NCBI RefSeq assembly: GCF_009914755.1
Contig: NC_060945.1
From: the human T2T-CHM13v2.0 reference genome, Homo sapiens
Reading direction: 5' to 3' (one strand)
DNA: 64,000 nucleotides
Shown: in pieces, positions 42,040 to 60,234 of the stretch
Position numbering within the stretch: the first letter of the stretch is position 1
Layout of the letters: each line of letters opens with the position of its first letter
Notes under the pieces: model-generated
Told to the model about the DNA's origin: nothing
Seen by the model: the letters and a program-made list of their open reading frames with translations, nothing else
The model's database searches: none
Made by a program: the position numbers and the translations under genes

Positions 42040-42378
42040 TGTCTGAACTTAAACAGCTAGACATTGAGTTCTCAGAGTCTGGAGGCTGAAATCCAAGATG
42101 AGGGTGTGGGCAGGTTCTGTTCCTGGGGAGGCCTCTCTTCCTGGCTTGCATACAGCTGCCTTCTGGCTGTGCCCTCATGAGGCAGAGCAAGAGACAGCTC
42201 TGGTGTCTTTGGCCCTTGTAAGGACACCAACCCCATCCCATGGGCCCCACCCTCAGGAACTCCTCCAAACCCAATCACCTCCCAAGGCCCTACCTCCTAA
42301 TCTTACCCACTGGGGATGAGGGCTTCATTATATGAATTTGGGGTGGGGGTGCCTCAACATTCAGACCCCAGCCCCATG
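42040..42378 (-). mobile_element. MLT1-type solo LTR
   Basis: ttctcagagtctggaggctgaaatccaagat...ggcctctcttcctggcttgc...aatcacctcccaaggccctacctcctaat. Confidence 0.8.
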
Positions 42379-42770
42379 GGACCACTAATGTGGCATCCTG
42401 CCTGTGGAGAGATGCACAGACTGACCCATCCAGACAGCACAGTGGAGCACGCTCTTTCAACCCACCTGCACCTGACCACAGTGGGCACTCAGGAAGAAAT
42501 GGGTAGAGCGAGTGAATGAATGAATGAGCAAGTCAAAGACATGAACACATGACATCTGACTGTCTCCCTGTGTGCTTGTGTTTCATTCTGATACATCCCT
42601 CCCTAAATTCATCTGCTGAGACAAAGGATTTTAACTGGTGTTTCTACACTGCTTTCCCCAAGATGTGGCAACCCACACCCCACCAGCAACACCTGTGACG
42701 TCTGCCGCCCTGTGTCCTTGTAGCACCTCTCTTACCAGGTTTCCAAATGTTGCTAAACTGCTGGGTCAAG

Positions 42771-42898
42771 GAATAGCATCTGCCTGGGGTTAGCCTCACT
42801 TGTGTGGATTTTTTCTTACTCCTCTTGGCCACTGACTGCTCCTGGTCTATGCCTGTTCCATTGGCTGCACTGTCCTTCCCTGCCTCTTGGCCAGAGGC
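42771..42898 (+). repeat. 128-bp direct repeat, copy A (upstream of exon 4)
   Basis: Aligns without gaps to 43739-43866 with 10 mismatches by my count. Confidence 0.93.
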
Positions 42899-43453
42899 TG
42901 TCGTGTGTCAGCGACAGAAACGTTTTGGCTGTCGTCTGCACAGCCAGTATTCTCTCCCCATCACGCTGGGCCTCGTGATGATGGGGGGGTGGGGGTTGAC
43001 ATCACAGAGATCCCAGTGCATTTTCGACTTCATCACTGTCACCATCCTCTCTTGTTCATTTGGGGGATACAGCCGCCATCAGCTCAACAGAGCAAAAGAG
43101 AGGGAGGCCACCTGCATCCACCAGGTGCTGAAATGGGTCCAGGCAGCTGCCAGAGTCTGACATTTCCAACTTGATACAGCACCTGTGATCGGCAGTAGTA
43201 CCCATGACAACATTTATTTAATTGACCAAACACGAACATTATAGAGGAAGGTGATCATTTAAATGATATACTTGAAATTCATCTGAGTAAGGAAGCTGAG
43301 AACAGTCAAAGAAGCTAATTTAAAAAATAAAAAAAAATAAAAAGAACCACCTAATCCGCTGATTTCTAATCATGCCGAGTGCTTATCTCTCCTGCCAGGC
43401 ATACAGCGAGCGCCTTGCAGAGTCTCACAGCGGCACTGTCTTCTCTTTTGCAG

Positions 43454-43497
43454 CACTCCGTACAAAGTGAGACCTGTGGCCATCAAGCAACTCTCCG
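43454..43497 (+). CDS. PDE9A: PDE9A coding exon 4 (44 nt, phase 2 to 1): (R)TPYKVRPVAIKQLS
   Basis: Acceptor tcttctcttttgcag|CACT; donor TCCG|gtaagg; in frame with exon 3; matches PDE9A. Confidence 0.97.
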
Positions 43498-43738
43498 GTA
43501 AGGCCCTGCTGTCGTTTTTTAAACTAAAAGAAGGAAAAAGAAATCTTGAGCTTGCCCCTGTGATAAAATATATACTAGTTAAGCATTTGAATCTAAGCAT
43601 TTGAAATATATATGAGTTACCTTTGAAGCATTTAACTATATGTTAGTTAAGCATTTGAATCTGCATTTGAAGCCGATACAACTGCAGAATCTGAAACCTT
43701 GTACTACTGTAAGGGCTCTGCCTTTCTAACCCCAGGGA

Positions 43739-43866
43739 GAATAGCATCTGCCTGGGGTTAGCCTCCCTTGTGTGGATTTTTTCTTACTCCTTTTGGCCAC
43801 TGCCTGTTCCTGGTCTATGGCCGTTCCATTGGCTGCACTGTCTGTCCCTGCCCCTCGGCCAGAGGC
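43739..43866 (+). repeat. 128-bp direct repeat, copy B (downstream of exon 4)
   Basis: gaatagcatctgcctggggttagcctc...ggccagaggc, 968 bp from copy A. Confidence 0.93.
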
Positions 43867-44028
43867 CATCCCAAGGACTTTGCAGTTGCAGGGCGGCATC
43901 CACTCTGGTCTTCCTGGCCCAGCACCTGTCCTCCCCCCTCCACTGTGAGTTGCCAAGGCAGGCATTTGTGGCCCCTGGGATGCCTTGGGGTGCCTCATAC
44001 AGTTACTTGGGCCGCTGTGTTACAATCC

Positions 44029-47280
<3,252 letters not shown>

Positions 47281-47299
47281 AAATGTTTGGAGATGAGAA

Positions 47300-48300
47300 T
47301 GAAAGCGCCAGGGCCTTGAAGGTCGTTGCAAGGATGCTGGCTTTTATGCTGAGTGGCGTGGGCAGCTATTAGAAGGCTTTCAGGAGAGGAGTGACATCAT
47401 CACATTTGTGTTTTAAATCTTGCTCAGGGCGCTGGGTCGAGATCACGAAAGGGAAGTGGCAGCAAAGGTGGAGGCAGAGAAATCCAAGAGGAAGCTATTT
47501 TTTTGGGAGGAGGCGGAGGCCTAGGCCGGGGTGGGGGCCATGGAGGTGATGAGGAGCGCAGGTTCCAGCAGGTTCTAAAGGAAGAGACAAGCTTTTTCCT
47601 AAGTGGAAGCGGGATATAGAGACCCATCCGGGGCTTCTTTGACCTGAGCACTGAGCGCCACGGCCCAGGGAGGGGGTTGCTGCGGGTGGGCTTGGTCTGC
47701 TCATCAGACATCAGGTGCATGAGGAGCAGGCAGAGTCAGGGCAGGCGGCCTCTCGGCTGTCGGCTCCCAATGGATGGTGTTGAAGTCTGGGACTTGGTGA
47801 GGCCAGCAGGGAGTGAGTGAGCACCAGCAGGAGGGGCCAGGCCTGAGCCGGACGGAGACCGAACCCATCCGTGGGAGAAGGACGCTGGTGACAGGACACC
47901 ATCGGGAGCAGAGGGGAAGCCATAAAGCCCTGGAGGCAGGAAGAGGCAAAGGCTGGCCGGGTGTGGGTGAGGTGCTGCAGGGCTCTCGCAGGCCAGCGAA
48001 GACAGGCGAGATGGCTGTGCTCAGAGTTAGAAGAGCATCGCTGGGAGCAGAGGAAAGAGGGATTTCTGTGTCACCTGGGGGCCCATCCAGGACCAGTGGG
48101 AGATGGAGTTGGGCTCATTGAGGGAAAGAGGTGAATGGAAGGAAGTTGGAACCAGCTGTCCTAAGGCCGGAGCTGCTCCTCCCTGGAGGACTCCGGCAAA
48201 GGCTGCTGGCCTTGGGCTGTGCGGGCACCCAGTGGCTGAGAGATCGTTGCCCTCTGCAGCCCTCCTGCAACTTGGATCCTAGGAGCCACAAAGAGGCTTG
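47300..48300 (-). mobile_element. Degenerate L2 fragments
   Basis: gggccttgaagg...ggcttttatgctgag...aggagaggagtgacat..tcacatttgtgtttt. Confidence 0.55.
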
Positions 48301-48916
48301 AAAAATAATCCATCCTGAGAAACACAAAGGCTCACATTAAACTTCGCATCGTAAAGTTTTGAGTAAAAGAACAATAAGGGGCATTTCTGCTAAAGGTGCC
48401 AGGATGAGAAAAAGCAGGAAACAGTGCTGCACCGCCAGGCTCTGCACCGTCTCTACAGAGGGCTGGGGTTGGTTCAGGAGCATTCGGCCCAGGCTGTGAT
48501 CTCGAGAAGGTGGTCAGGGCCCAGGCTCCCGCCAGCCCTCACGGCAGCACGAGGCTGGTACGAGACAGGTGCTTCAGGTGTTTGTTGAGAGCTGCACACA
48601 CTTCTGCTGGGCTGGGCAAGACTTCCCTCTTCAGAGAGGATGAGCGGCCACACGGAAGGCCAGGCTGGGTGTCCCTCCGGGCCAGCCGAGGAGCGCTGCG
48701 CTTATTCCGCAGTGAGGAGTCGCTGGCTGTCCAGGGGAGCTGCATTTTCCTAGCAGCGACAACCCCTCCCACATCTCCATAGTCACATCCTGGCTGGGCT
48801 AACACCATCTTTCCCCGCCTCTGGGTGCGTGGGGACCCCGCTCTCCAAATAGGCCAGTGTTCCAGGCTTTTCTTTAGGAGACAAAGTCGGTGTCAGGTAG
48901 ACCCCCCCCACCCCAC

Positions 48917-48920
<4 letters not shown>

Positions 48921-48958
<38 letters not shown>
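48921..48958. repeat. (CA)19 microsatellite
   Basis: Uninterrupted CA run. Confidence 0.95.
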
Positions 48959-48959
<1 letters not shown>

Positions 48960-50851
48960 CTTTCCTGAGAAATGTGTTTACAGAACATTTTTTCCATTTG
49001 GGGTTTGTCCTTAGGAATTCTTCACTCTCTCTATGGCAACAACCTTCCCTCTCCCGTCCATCGGCCTTGGGTCCCAGAGCCACTGAGCCGTGGCCCAAGG
49101 TCAGGAGTTAGCTCTAGCGACGCCGCCCTGAGTTCTGGCCTGTAAGCAACCCCAGGTGCCCTTGTGAATCAACAGACCACATTTCCAGTGGCAGAAAAGG
49201 AAATGGGAGCTGTTTCTAGACTAGCACAAGGCTCAGGGGGTGGGGGGTGGGGGCAGGGTGCAGGGAGGCCAACGCCACACAGCCCCACACCCAGCCTTTC
49301 CCAAGGCCCTGGGTTCCTCACTGATTCTCAGCAGGTTTCAGTAAATGCCTCTAACGGGCCCGGTGGAACTGTGCAATGCAGAAACACCCCAGGGTTTTGC
49401 TGTTTTGCTACTTAAATATTCAGGAAATAGTAAAGAGAAGAGTATTATCAAAAACGTGACTTTTCATAGAAAAGGGAGAATAGGCCAGCCCTGGCCTGGG
49501 TCCACAACCCCAGTGTGAGCTGCAGAGACTTCTCTGGAGCGGTGAACAGCTCCTGCCAGGAAAGAGCATGGCACAGCCTCGTTCTCCAGCGTAGAGTAGA
49601 AGGAATGGCCCCGTCCACGTGAAGGTCTGTGTTCACCAAGCATCTTCTGTAGAAAAATGCTCTCTTCGCCTGATCATGGGAGGGAATCAAATGGATAGAG
49701 CATTTCTCCCTTTTGTGACTAAAATAAAGGTAATAGCAACTACAAAAACCACGACACAGGCTTCTCAGCATCTTTTTATAACGATAGTGCTGATTTTTTG
49801 GAAAATCCTTGAGCCTCAATCACTTTTATTTGATGTAAGCCGCTCAAACTCAAAGAGTGTTGTTTTCCAGATTATAAAACACAGATCTCAGCTGATGGCG
49901 GTTGACGGGTGTCCCCCGAGTGCCCTCGGCTGCCAGGAGCTGGCAGGGGAGATGCCTGTGATGAGGATTGGGTGCTGTGATCACAGCACGCGGGAAAAGG
50001 ACAGGGCCTCCCTCAGCGTGGCAGATCGCGTGGGTCCATGGGTCCGTGTGATCTCATGACCGTATCAAGGGGATTGTGTCTTTTTGACCAGAGCGTTAGG
50101 GAAAGCGTGCTGCAGTCACACGCCAGGACGGCCCCCCACGGCCCAAGTCCTATAGGAGAGCCAGGGGCCATCACGATTTTCTTAGGCACAGCAGCAGTTG
50201 AACCGTGCTGTCACACTTAACCCAAGTGATGACAGCCTCTTCAACTAGGACAGTGCTGTAGGGGTCTGGTTCTGCTTGTTCTCCCCCACATTCCTGCCTG
50301 CCCTAGGACCCAGGACCTGTCTCTAGTCACACACACCCTGTTCAGCCTCTGCATCTGGCCCCCGCGGAGACCCACACCACATTCTACTCCCCTGGCCAGA
50401 GACCGAGGGTGACTCGGAGGCTTCCAGTTCCCAGCAGCTTTATTGGCGTTGCTGTTTCCATAGAAGGACAATAAAAGGGGGCCATAAGGAGGCACATCCG
50501 CAGAGTGTGTGCTTGAGCTTCTGCAAGCCAGAGGAGGCCGGCGGCCGGCAGGGTGGGCAGGCTGGCTGGCTGTGCCCCACAACATGCATGTGGAGAGGTT
50601 TTGGGGGCAGCCATGGAACCCCGGAGCTGCCCCCACATGAGAGTTCCCCCAGGTGGTGACCAAATGCATTTACAGTCCAGCCGCAGTCCAGATGCAGACG
50701 CGCTGTAACTGTAGAACACACAGCAAATTCTGAAGGCTTAGTATGAAAAAGAATATAAAAATCTCAGTCATTTTTATATTGATTTCATGTTTCCTGGTTG
50801 AGATGTCATTGATATAACATAAAGCCCACCATTTTAAAGTGTACAACCTCA

Positions 50852-51143
50852 GCCAGGCATGGTGGCTCACGCCTGTAATCCCAGCACTCTGGGAGGCTGA
50901 GGCGGGCAGATCACCTGAGGTCAGGAGTTTGAGACCAGACTGGCCAACATGGTGAAACCCTGTCTCTACTAAAAATACAAAAATTAGCCGGGTGTGGTGG
51001 TGCACATCTGTAATCCTAGCTACTTGGAAGGCTGAGGCAGGAGAATCGCTTGAACCTGGGGGTAGAGGTTGCAGCAAGCCGAGATCACACCACTGCACTC
51101 TAGCCTGGGTGACACAGTGAGACTCTATCTCAAAAAAAAAAAA
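50852..51143 (+). mobile_element. Alu (AluS-like) inside an antisense L1M fragment, TSD tgtacaacctca
   Basis: Full dimer with poly(A); TSD on both sides. Confidence 0.95.
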
Positions 51144-53031
51144 ATTGTACAACCTCAGTCTTTTTTAGTGTCTTCATTTTGTTGTGCAACCATCACCACT
51201 ATTTAATTCCAGAACATTTCCATCAACCCAAAAAGAATCCCTGTACCTGTGAGCAGTCCCCCCTCCATCCCCTTCACCCCCCAGCCCCTGGCAGGCCCTG
51301 TTCTCTGTCCTGTGCATTCTGACCTTTCACATAACAGAATCCGTGGCCTTTCCAGCCTGGCTTCTTCCACTTTGCACACGGTGTTGCAGGCTCCCCGCGT
51401 TGTGGCATATGACAGCTCTTTGTTCCTTTATGGCTGGATGACGTTCCGTTGCGTGGCTGCGTCCTGTGGCTGCATTGTGTGGCTGTGTCACGTGGCTACG
51501 TCACGTTTGGTTGATCCGTTCATCAGCTGATGGACATTTGGGCTGTTTCCACAAAGGCTCTTGTGAATGATGCTGCTGCAAACGTTTGTGTGCAAATTTT
51601 TGTATGAAAGATACATGGTGAAATGAGGTATTTTGAGGTACATTGGATTAAATGAGATATTAAAAATTTTTTTAAAGTCTAGCCGTCTTGAAGGGGAGGG
51701 CCTGAGAGAAGTGCTGAAAGTTCACAGCAGAGGATACCGGATGCTGCGGGTGTGCCAGGCTGGCCTGTCCAGGAGGTCCCTGCAGCCTGGGTGGGAGGTC
51801 CCTTACCCACTAATGGGTGCCTCCTCCAACCCCTGAGTCCCCCTACCTGAGGACTTCCTCTGTGTGTGGCATACGCGGCTGCCCCGAGGTCAGTCCTCCC
51901 CAGTGAAAGGGAGCTGAAGGACAGGTGCCCAGCTTCTTTGCTCCACAGTGGGACCAATCTCTGACATCATCAATGCAGTTGCTCAAAGGGAGCTCAGAGC
52001 GAGGAGTCACCTGTACATCAACTCACCCTCTGGGAGCTCTCTTCCCTTCCATGCCTCAATCCCCCACTCCCTCCCAGGGCTTCCTGGGCTGGCCTCCAAA
52101 TGCACCACTAGCCCCCAGCTCCTTGTCTCCGGTGGGCTTTTGAGGATTTCCAACTAAGAACCTTAGACTCCAAGACAGGTCAAGCCCCCTGGCATACTCA
52201 TTTGTCATTTGGATGAAATAGCCTTAGGAGAGCTACTTAACCCCACTGAACTTCCATTTCCCTGACAAAATAGGAATTCTAATGCATACCTTGCATGGTT
52301 CTTGGAGGATAAATGAAGTAATTTATGCAAAATGCTGAGCACAGTGCCTGCCACTTGGTAAGCGCCCAGTAAATGGTTGTTATCATTGAAAATGACTTAG
52401 GGGGCATTTTTGAATGGCTAAAGTTATGTCTCTCTGGAATTGCTGAATTTTAATAGAACAGGAATGCTTCCTAAGGTCTAAAACAAAAGGCGGAGGACTG
52501 GCTGTGTCTGCCCTGGAAGCCAAGTTAATGCTGGATGTCTGCGCATAGACATGTTGCTCATGAGAAATAATAATGCTCCTTAATAATATTGTCTATTTCA
52601 GTGCAATTTCAGTCTAGAAGGCTTTATAAGCAAAGCCACAGTCATCCTTACTTGCATTTTTTTGAAACAAAAAGACTGCAGTGTATAAATGAAAAATAAC
52701 CATTTCTGGAATGGTGTGTTCAGACGGATTCCCCTTAGAGTAGCCTAGCCAACAAAGACAGCAGCAGCCCTTAGCGTGCCACTGTCAGAGATATTGATGG
52801 CAAACAGTAATACGGAAGCCTGCGGAATGGAAGTGTCCTGACGGCAGATTTGAGTAAAATGGAGATGATGACAGCTGAACATTGCTGCACGGACCTCAAG
52901 ACTGCAAACGTTAGGACTGCCCTCCCTGCTCCTAGGCATTTGTGAGAACCAGGCCAACCCATACCCACCCACTGCTGTGTCCTGCCTGACTGCACTGAAA
53001 TGCACAGATCCTGTGGGTGCAGTTTGATGAG

Positions 53032-53359
<328 letters not shown>

Positions 53360-53377
53360 TGATAGAAGTGCATGTGT

Positions 53378-53963
53378 TAGATCTTTCAGGAATCACCACC
53401 CAAACCAGAAATACCATTTGACCCAGCAATGACGTTTATATATATACCCAAAGGAATATAAATCATTCTATTATAAAGATATATCTACATGTATGTTCAT
53501 TGTAGCACTATTCACAATAGCAAAGAGATAGTATCAATCCAAATGCCCATCAATGATAGATTGGATAAAGAAAATGTGGTACATATACACCATGGAATAC
53601 TATGCAGCCATAAAAAGGAACAAGATCATGTCCTTTGCAGTGACATAGACAGAGCTGGAAGCCATTATCCTCAGCAAATTAATGCAGGAACAGAAAACCA
53701 AACACCACATGTTCTCACTTATAAGTGGGAGCTGGACAATGAGAACACATGGACACAGGGAGGGGAATAACACACACTGGGGCCTGTTGGGAGGGTTGGG
53801 GGAGGGAGAGCATCAGGATAAATAGCTAATGCATGCTGGGCTTAATACCTAGGTGATGGGTTGACAGGTGCAGCAAACCACCATGACACACGTTTACCTG
53901 TGTAACATCCCTGCATGTCCTGCACATGTATCCCAGAACTTAAAATTAAATTAAATTTTTTAA
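53378..53963 (+). mobile_element. 5'-truncated primate L1PA-type 3' end with a short 5' inversion
   Basis: agaaataccatttgacccagcaat ... atgtggtacatatacaccatggaatactatgcagccataaaaa ... ctgcacatgtatcccagaacttaaa; TSD aagtgcaYgtg. Confidence 0.9.
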
Positions 53964-54182
53964 AAGTGCACGTGCATGTAACCGCCACCACAATCAAGAC
54001 AGAGGACATTTCCATCACCCTAGAAAAATGTCCCCGTACCCCCTTCAAGGCAGTCCTCACTGTGGAGTGCTCTGCCTATTTTTGAGTTTCACGGAGTTGA
54101 AATCATACAGCACGAGCTCTTTGTGTCTGGACTCTTTCACTCAACATCATTTTTGTTTGTTTGTTTGTGTGTGTGTGCGTTT

Positions 54183-54350
54183 GTTTTTTGAGACAGGGTC
54201 TCACGCCTGTTGCCCAGGCTGGGGTGTGAGGCACAATCATGGCTCACTGCAGCCTCGACCTCCTGGGCTCAGGTGATCCTCCCACCTCAGCCTCCGAGTA
54301 GAGACATGTTGCCCACGCTGGTGTCGAACTCCTGGGCTAAAGCAATCCGC
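54183..54350 (-). mobile_element. Partial AluJ-like element
   Basis: gagacagggtctcac...cactgcagcctcgacctcctgggctcaggtgatcctcccacc, with an internal deletion. Confidence 0.8.
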
Positions 54351-54591
54351 ATCATGATGTTTGTAAGATCCATTCGTGCAGTTATTTCCTTTTGCACTGC
54401 TGAGCACTGCATGCCTCGCTCATTCATTCTTCTGTGGAGGGACATTTGGGTCATTTCCAGTTTAGGGTTCGGCTACTAGAATTATTGTACAAGTCTTATT
54501 GTGGGCATCCTTGTCCATGATCTTGGGTCCACCTAGGAGTTAAATGGCTGGCTCATATGCTGTGTTTGTTTAACTTAAGACTTACTTGTTA

Positions 54592-55039
<448 letters not shown>

Positions 55040-55193
55040 TTAGACATTCGAGTAGGTGTAAGAGCAATCCTATCTTCTTATAGTTTTAATTTGCATTTCC
55101 AAGTAACTTAATGATGTTGAACATGTTGCTATGTCTTATTGACTATTTGAATGTCATATTTTGTGTAGTGTCTGTTCAACAATACTTTGCTCA

Positions 55194-55483
55194 GGCCAGG
55201 TCCGGTGGCTCACGCCTGTAATCCTAGCTCTTTGGAAGGCCAAGGTGGGTGGATTACCTGCGGTCAAGAGTTCGAGACCAGCCTGACCAACATGGTGAAA
55301 CCTCCTCTCTACTAAAAATACAAAAATTAGCTGGGTGTGGTGGCAGGTGCCTGTAATCCCAGGTACTCGAGAGGCTGAGGCAGGAGAATCGCTTGAACCC
55401 AGGAGGTGGATGTTGCAGTAAGCTGAGATCGCGCCTTGCACTCCAGCCTGGGTGACAGAGCAAAAGCTGCATCTCAAAAAAAA
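55194..55483 (+). mobile_element. Alu (AluS-like)
   Basis: Full dimer. Confidence 0.95.
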
Positions 55484-55741
55484 TATGTAAAAAGGATTTT
55501 GCTCATTTTTTAAGCTGGCTTGTATTATTTTTGTCACTGGTTTGTAGGAAACTCTACATAAGCTAGGATATAATTCATTTGTCAGATATATGTGGCAAAC
55601 ATTTTTCCCAATTTGTGATTTGCCTTTTTCGTTTTCTTAATGAGGTCATTTGATGAGCAGAGGTTTTTAATTTGGTGAATTCCATCCAATGTAACAAGTT
55701 TTTCTGTTGTGGTCAGTACTTCTTGTGTCTTCTCTAATAAG

Positions 55742-56068
55742 TTTTGTTTTTTTTTTTTTTTGAGACAAGGTTTCTTGTTGCCCAGGCTGGGGTGCAGCTG
55801 TGCGATAAGCTCACTGCAACCTCCGCCTCCCGGGTTCAAGTGATTCTCCTGCCTCAGGCTCCCGAGTAACTAGGATTACAGGCGTTTGCCACCACGCCTG
55901 GCTAATTTTTTTGTATTTTTAGTAGAGATGGGGTTTCACCATGTTGGCCAGGCTGGTCTTGAACTCCTGACCTCATGATCCACCCACCTCGGCCTCCCAA
56001 AGTGCTGAGCCACCGCACCAGGCCCCCCAAATTGCTAGGATTACAGGAGTGAGCCACCATGCCTGGCC
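55742..56068 (-). mobile_element. Alu with a duplicated 5' end
   Basis: Antisense dimer ending cccaaagtgctgagccaccgcaccaggcc, followed by a second cccaaattgctaggattacagg...gcctggcc. Confidence 0.9.
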
Positions 56069-56069
56069 C

Positions 56070-58150
<2,081 letters not shown>

Positions 58151-58447
58151 CTTAATGTATTTGGGTTTTTTGTGTGTGTCTTTTTAATAGTTAATAACAA
58201 TGTATTTTATTCTTGAAAATCACTGAGAGTACATTTTGCATTCTCACCACAAAAAAAAACTATGTGGCATAATGTGTATGTTAATTCACTTGATTTAGCC
58301 ATTCTACAATGTATATATTTCAAAACATCATCTTGACCATGGGAAATGTATCTAATTTTTGTCAATTTGTTAAAACTTTTTTTTTAATTCCAATTTTTTT
58401 TTTTTTGAGGTGGAGTCTCGCTTTGTTGCCCAGGCTGGAGTGCATGA

Positions 58448-58805
<358 letters not shown>

Positions 58806-58894
58806 CCAACTTTTATTTTACGTACAGATCTAAACGTATCACATGCAGGTTTGTTATGTGGTGTGTCGCACCCAGATGGTGAGCAGAGCCCCCA

Positions 58895-59360
58895 AGTCTT
58901 TGTTGATATGGTTGGGGTTAGCTCTCCCAGTCTTTGTTCATATGGTTGGGGTTGGCTCTACCAGTCTTTGTTCATATGGTTGGGGTTAGCTCTACCAGTC
59001 TTTATTGATATGGTTGAGGTTAGCTCTACCAGTCTTTGTCGACATGGTTTGGGTTAGCTCTACCAGTCTTTGTCGATATGGTTGGGGTTAGCTCTACCAG
59101 TCTTTGTTGATATGGTTGGGGTTAGCTCTACCAGTCTTTGTTGATTAGCTCTCCCAGTCTTTGTTGATATGGTTGGGGTTAGCTCTACCAGTCTTTGTTC
59201 ATATGGTTGGGGTTAGCTCTACCAGTCTTTGTTGATATGGTTGAGGTTAGCTCTACCAGTCTTTGTTGATATGGTTGGGGTTAGCTCTACCAGTCTTTGT
59301 TCATATGGTTGGGGTTAGCTCTACCAGCCTTTGTTCATATGGTTGGGGTTAGCTCTACCA
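58895..59360. repeat. Minisatellite, 34-bp unit, 14 copies (one shortened to 23 bp)
   Basis: agtctttgttgatatggttggggttagctctacc starts at 58895, 58929, 58963 ... 59326. Confidence 0.96.
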
Positions 59361-59699
59361 CGTTGCTATTTGCTGTTTCTTGATCTTGGGTTTTGTTTTT
59401 CTGTTCCTCCTTTTCTGCCTTCTCCTGTGTTAATTGAATAAATTTTTGTTTTCCATTTTATTCCTTCTGCTGACTCTTTAGCTGTCTCTTTTTGCATTAT
59501 TTTTCCTCGGCTGTTGTAAGTGTTACAATATGCATCTTTACTTTTTTTTTTTTTTTTTTTTTACAATTGATAGACTTTGTTTTTTAGATTCACGGCAAAA
59601 TTGAGTGAAAAGTGTGGAGCTCCCACATGTTCCCCCCACACACAGACATTCAGCCTCTGCCACCGTCAACGTCCTGCATCAGATTGTATATTGGTTACA

Positions 59700-59990
59700 G
59701 CCGGGCGCACTGGCTCACGCCTGTAATCACAGCACTTTGAGAGGCCAAGGCAGGCAGATCACTGGAGGTCAGGAGTTCAAGACCAGACTGGCCAACATGG
59801 TGAAACCCTGTCTCTACTAAAAATATAAAAATTAGCCAGGCGTCATGGCGCACACCTGTAATGCCAACTACTTGGCAGGGGAATCGCTTGAATCCGGAAG
59901 GCGGAGGTTGCAGTGAGCTGAGATTGCATCACTGCACTCCAGCCTGGGCGACAGAGAGAGACTCTGTCTCCAGACAAAAGAAAAAAAAAA
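59700..59990 (+). mobile_element. Alu (AluS-like)
   Basis: Flanked by gattgtatattggttaca and gactgtacattggttaca. Confidence 0.93.
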
Positions 59991-60070
59991 GACTGTACAT
60001 TGGTTACAATCAGTGAACCAACATTGACATATCCTTATCAGCCAAAGTCTATATTCCACCTCAGAATTCA

Positions 60071-60234
60071 CTCTCAGGGCTGTACATTCCCTGGGTTTGG
60101 ACAAATATATGATGACCTGTGTGTCCCATCCCAGTCTCAGACAGAATCGGTTCTCTCAGGGCTGTACATTCCCTGGGTTTGGACAAATATATGATGACCT
60201 GTGTGTCCCATCCCAGTCTCAGACAGAATCGGTT
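60071..60234. repeat. Perfect 82-bp tandem duplication inside an old L1M
   Basis: 60071-60152 equals 60153-60234. Confidence 0.95.

Noticed and set aside
53489-53770. ORF over L1 sequence as a possible active retrotransposon gene
   Set aside because: Only ~0.6 kb of a 5'-truncated L1 3' end is present; it cannot encode ORF2p.
58895-59360. Interstitial telomere-like sequence (ggggttag)
   Set aside because: There is no tandem TTAGGG; the motif is part of a 34-bp unit.
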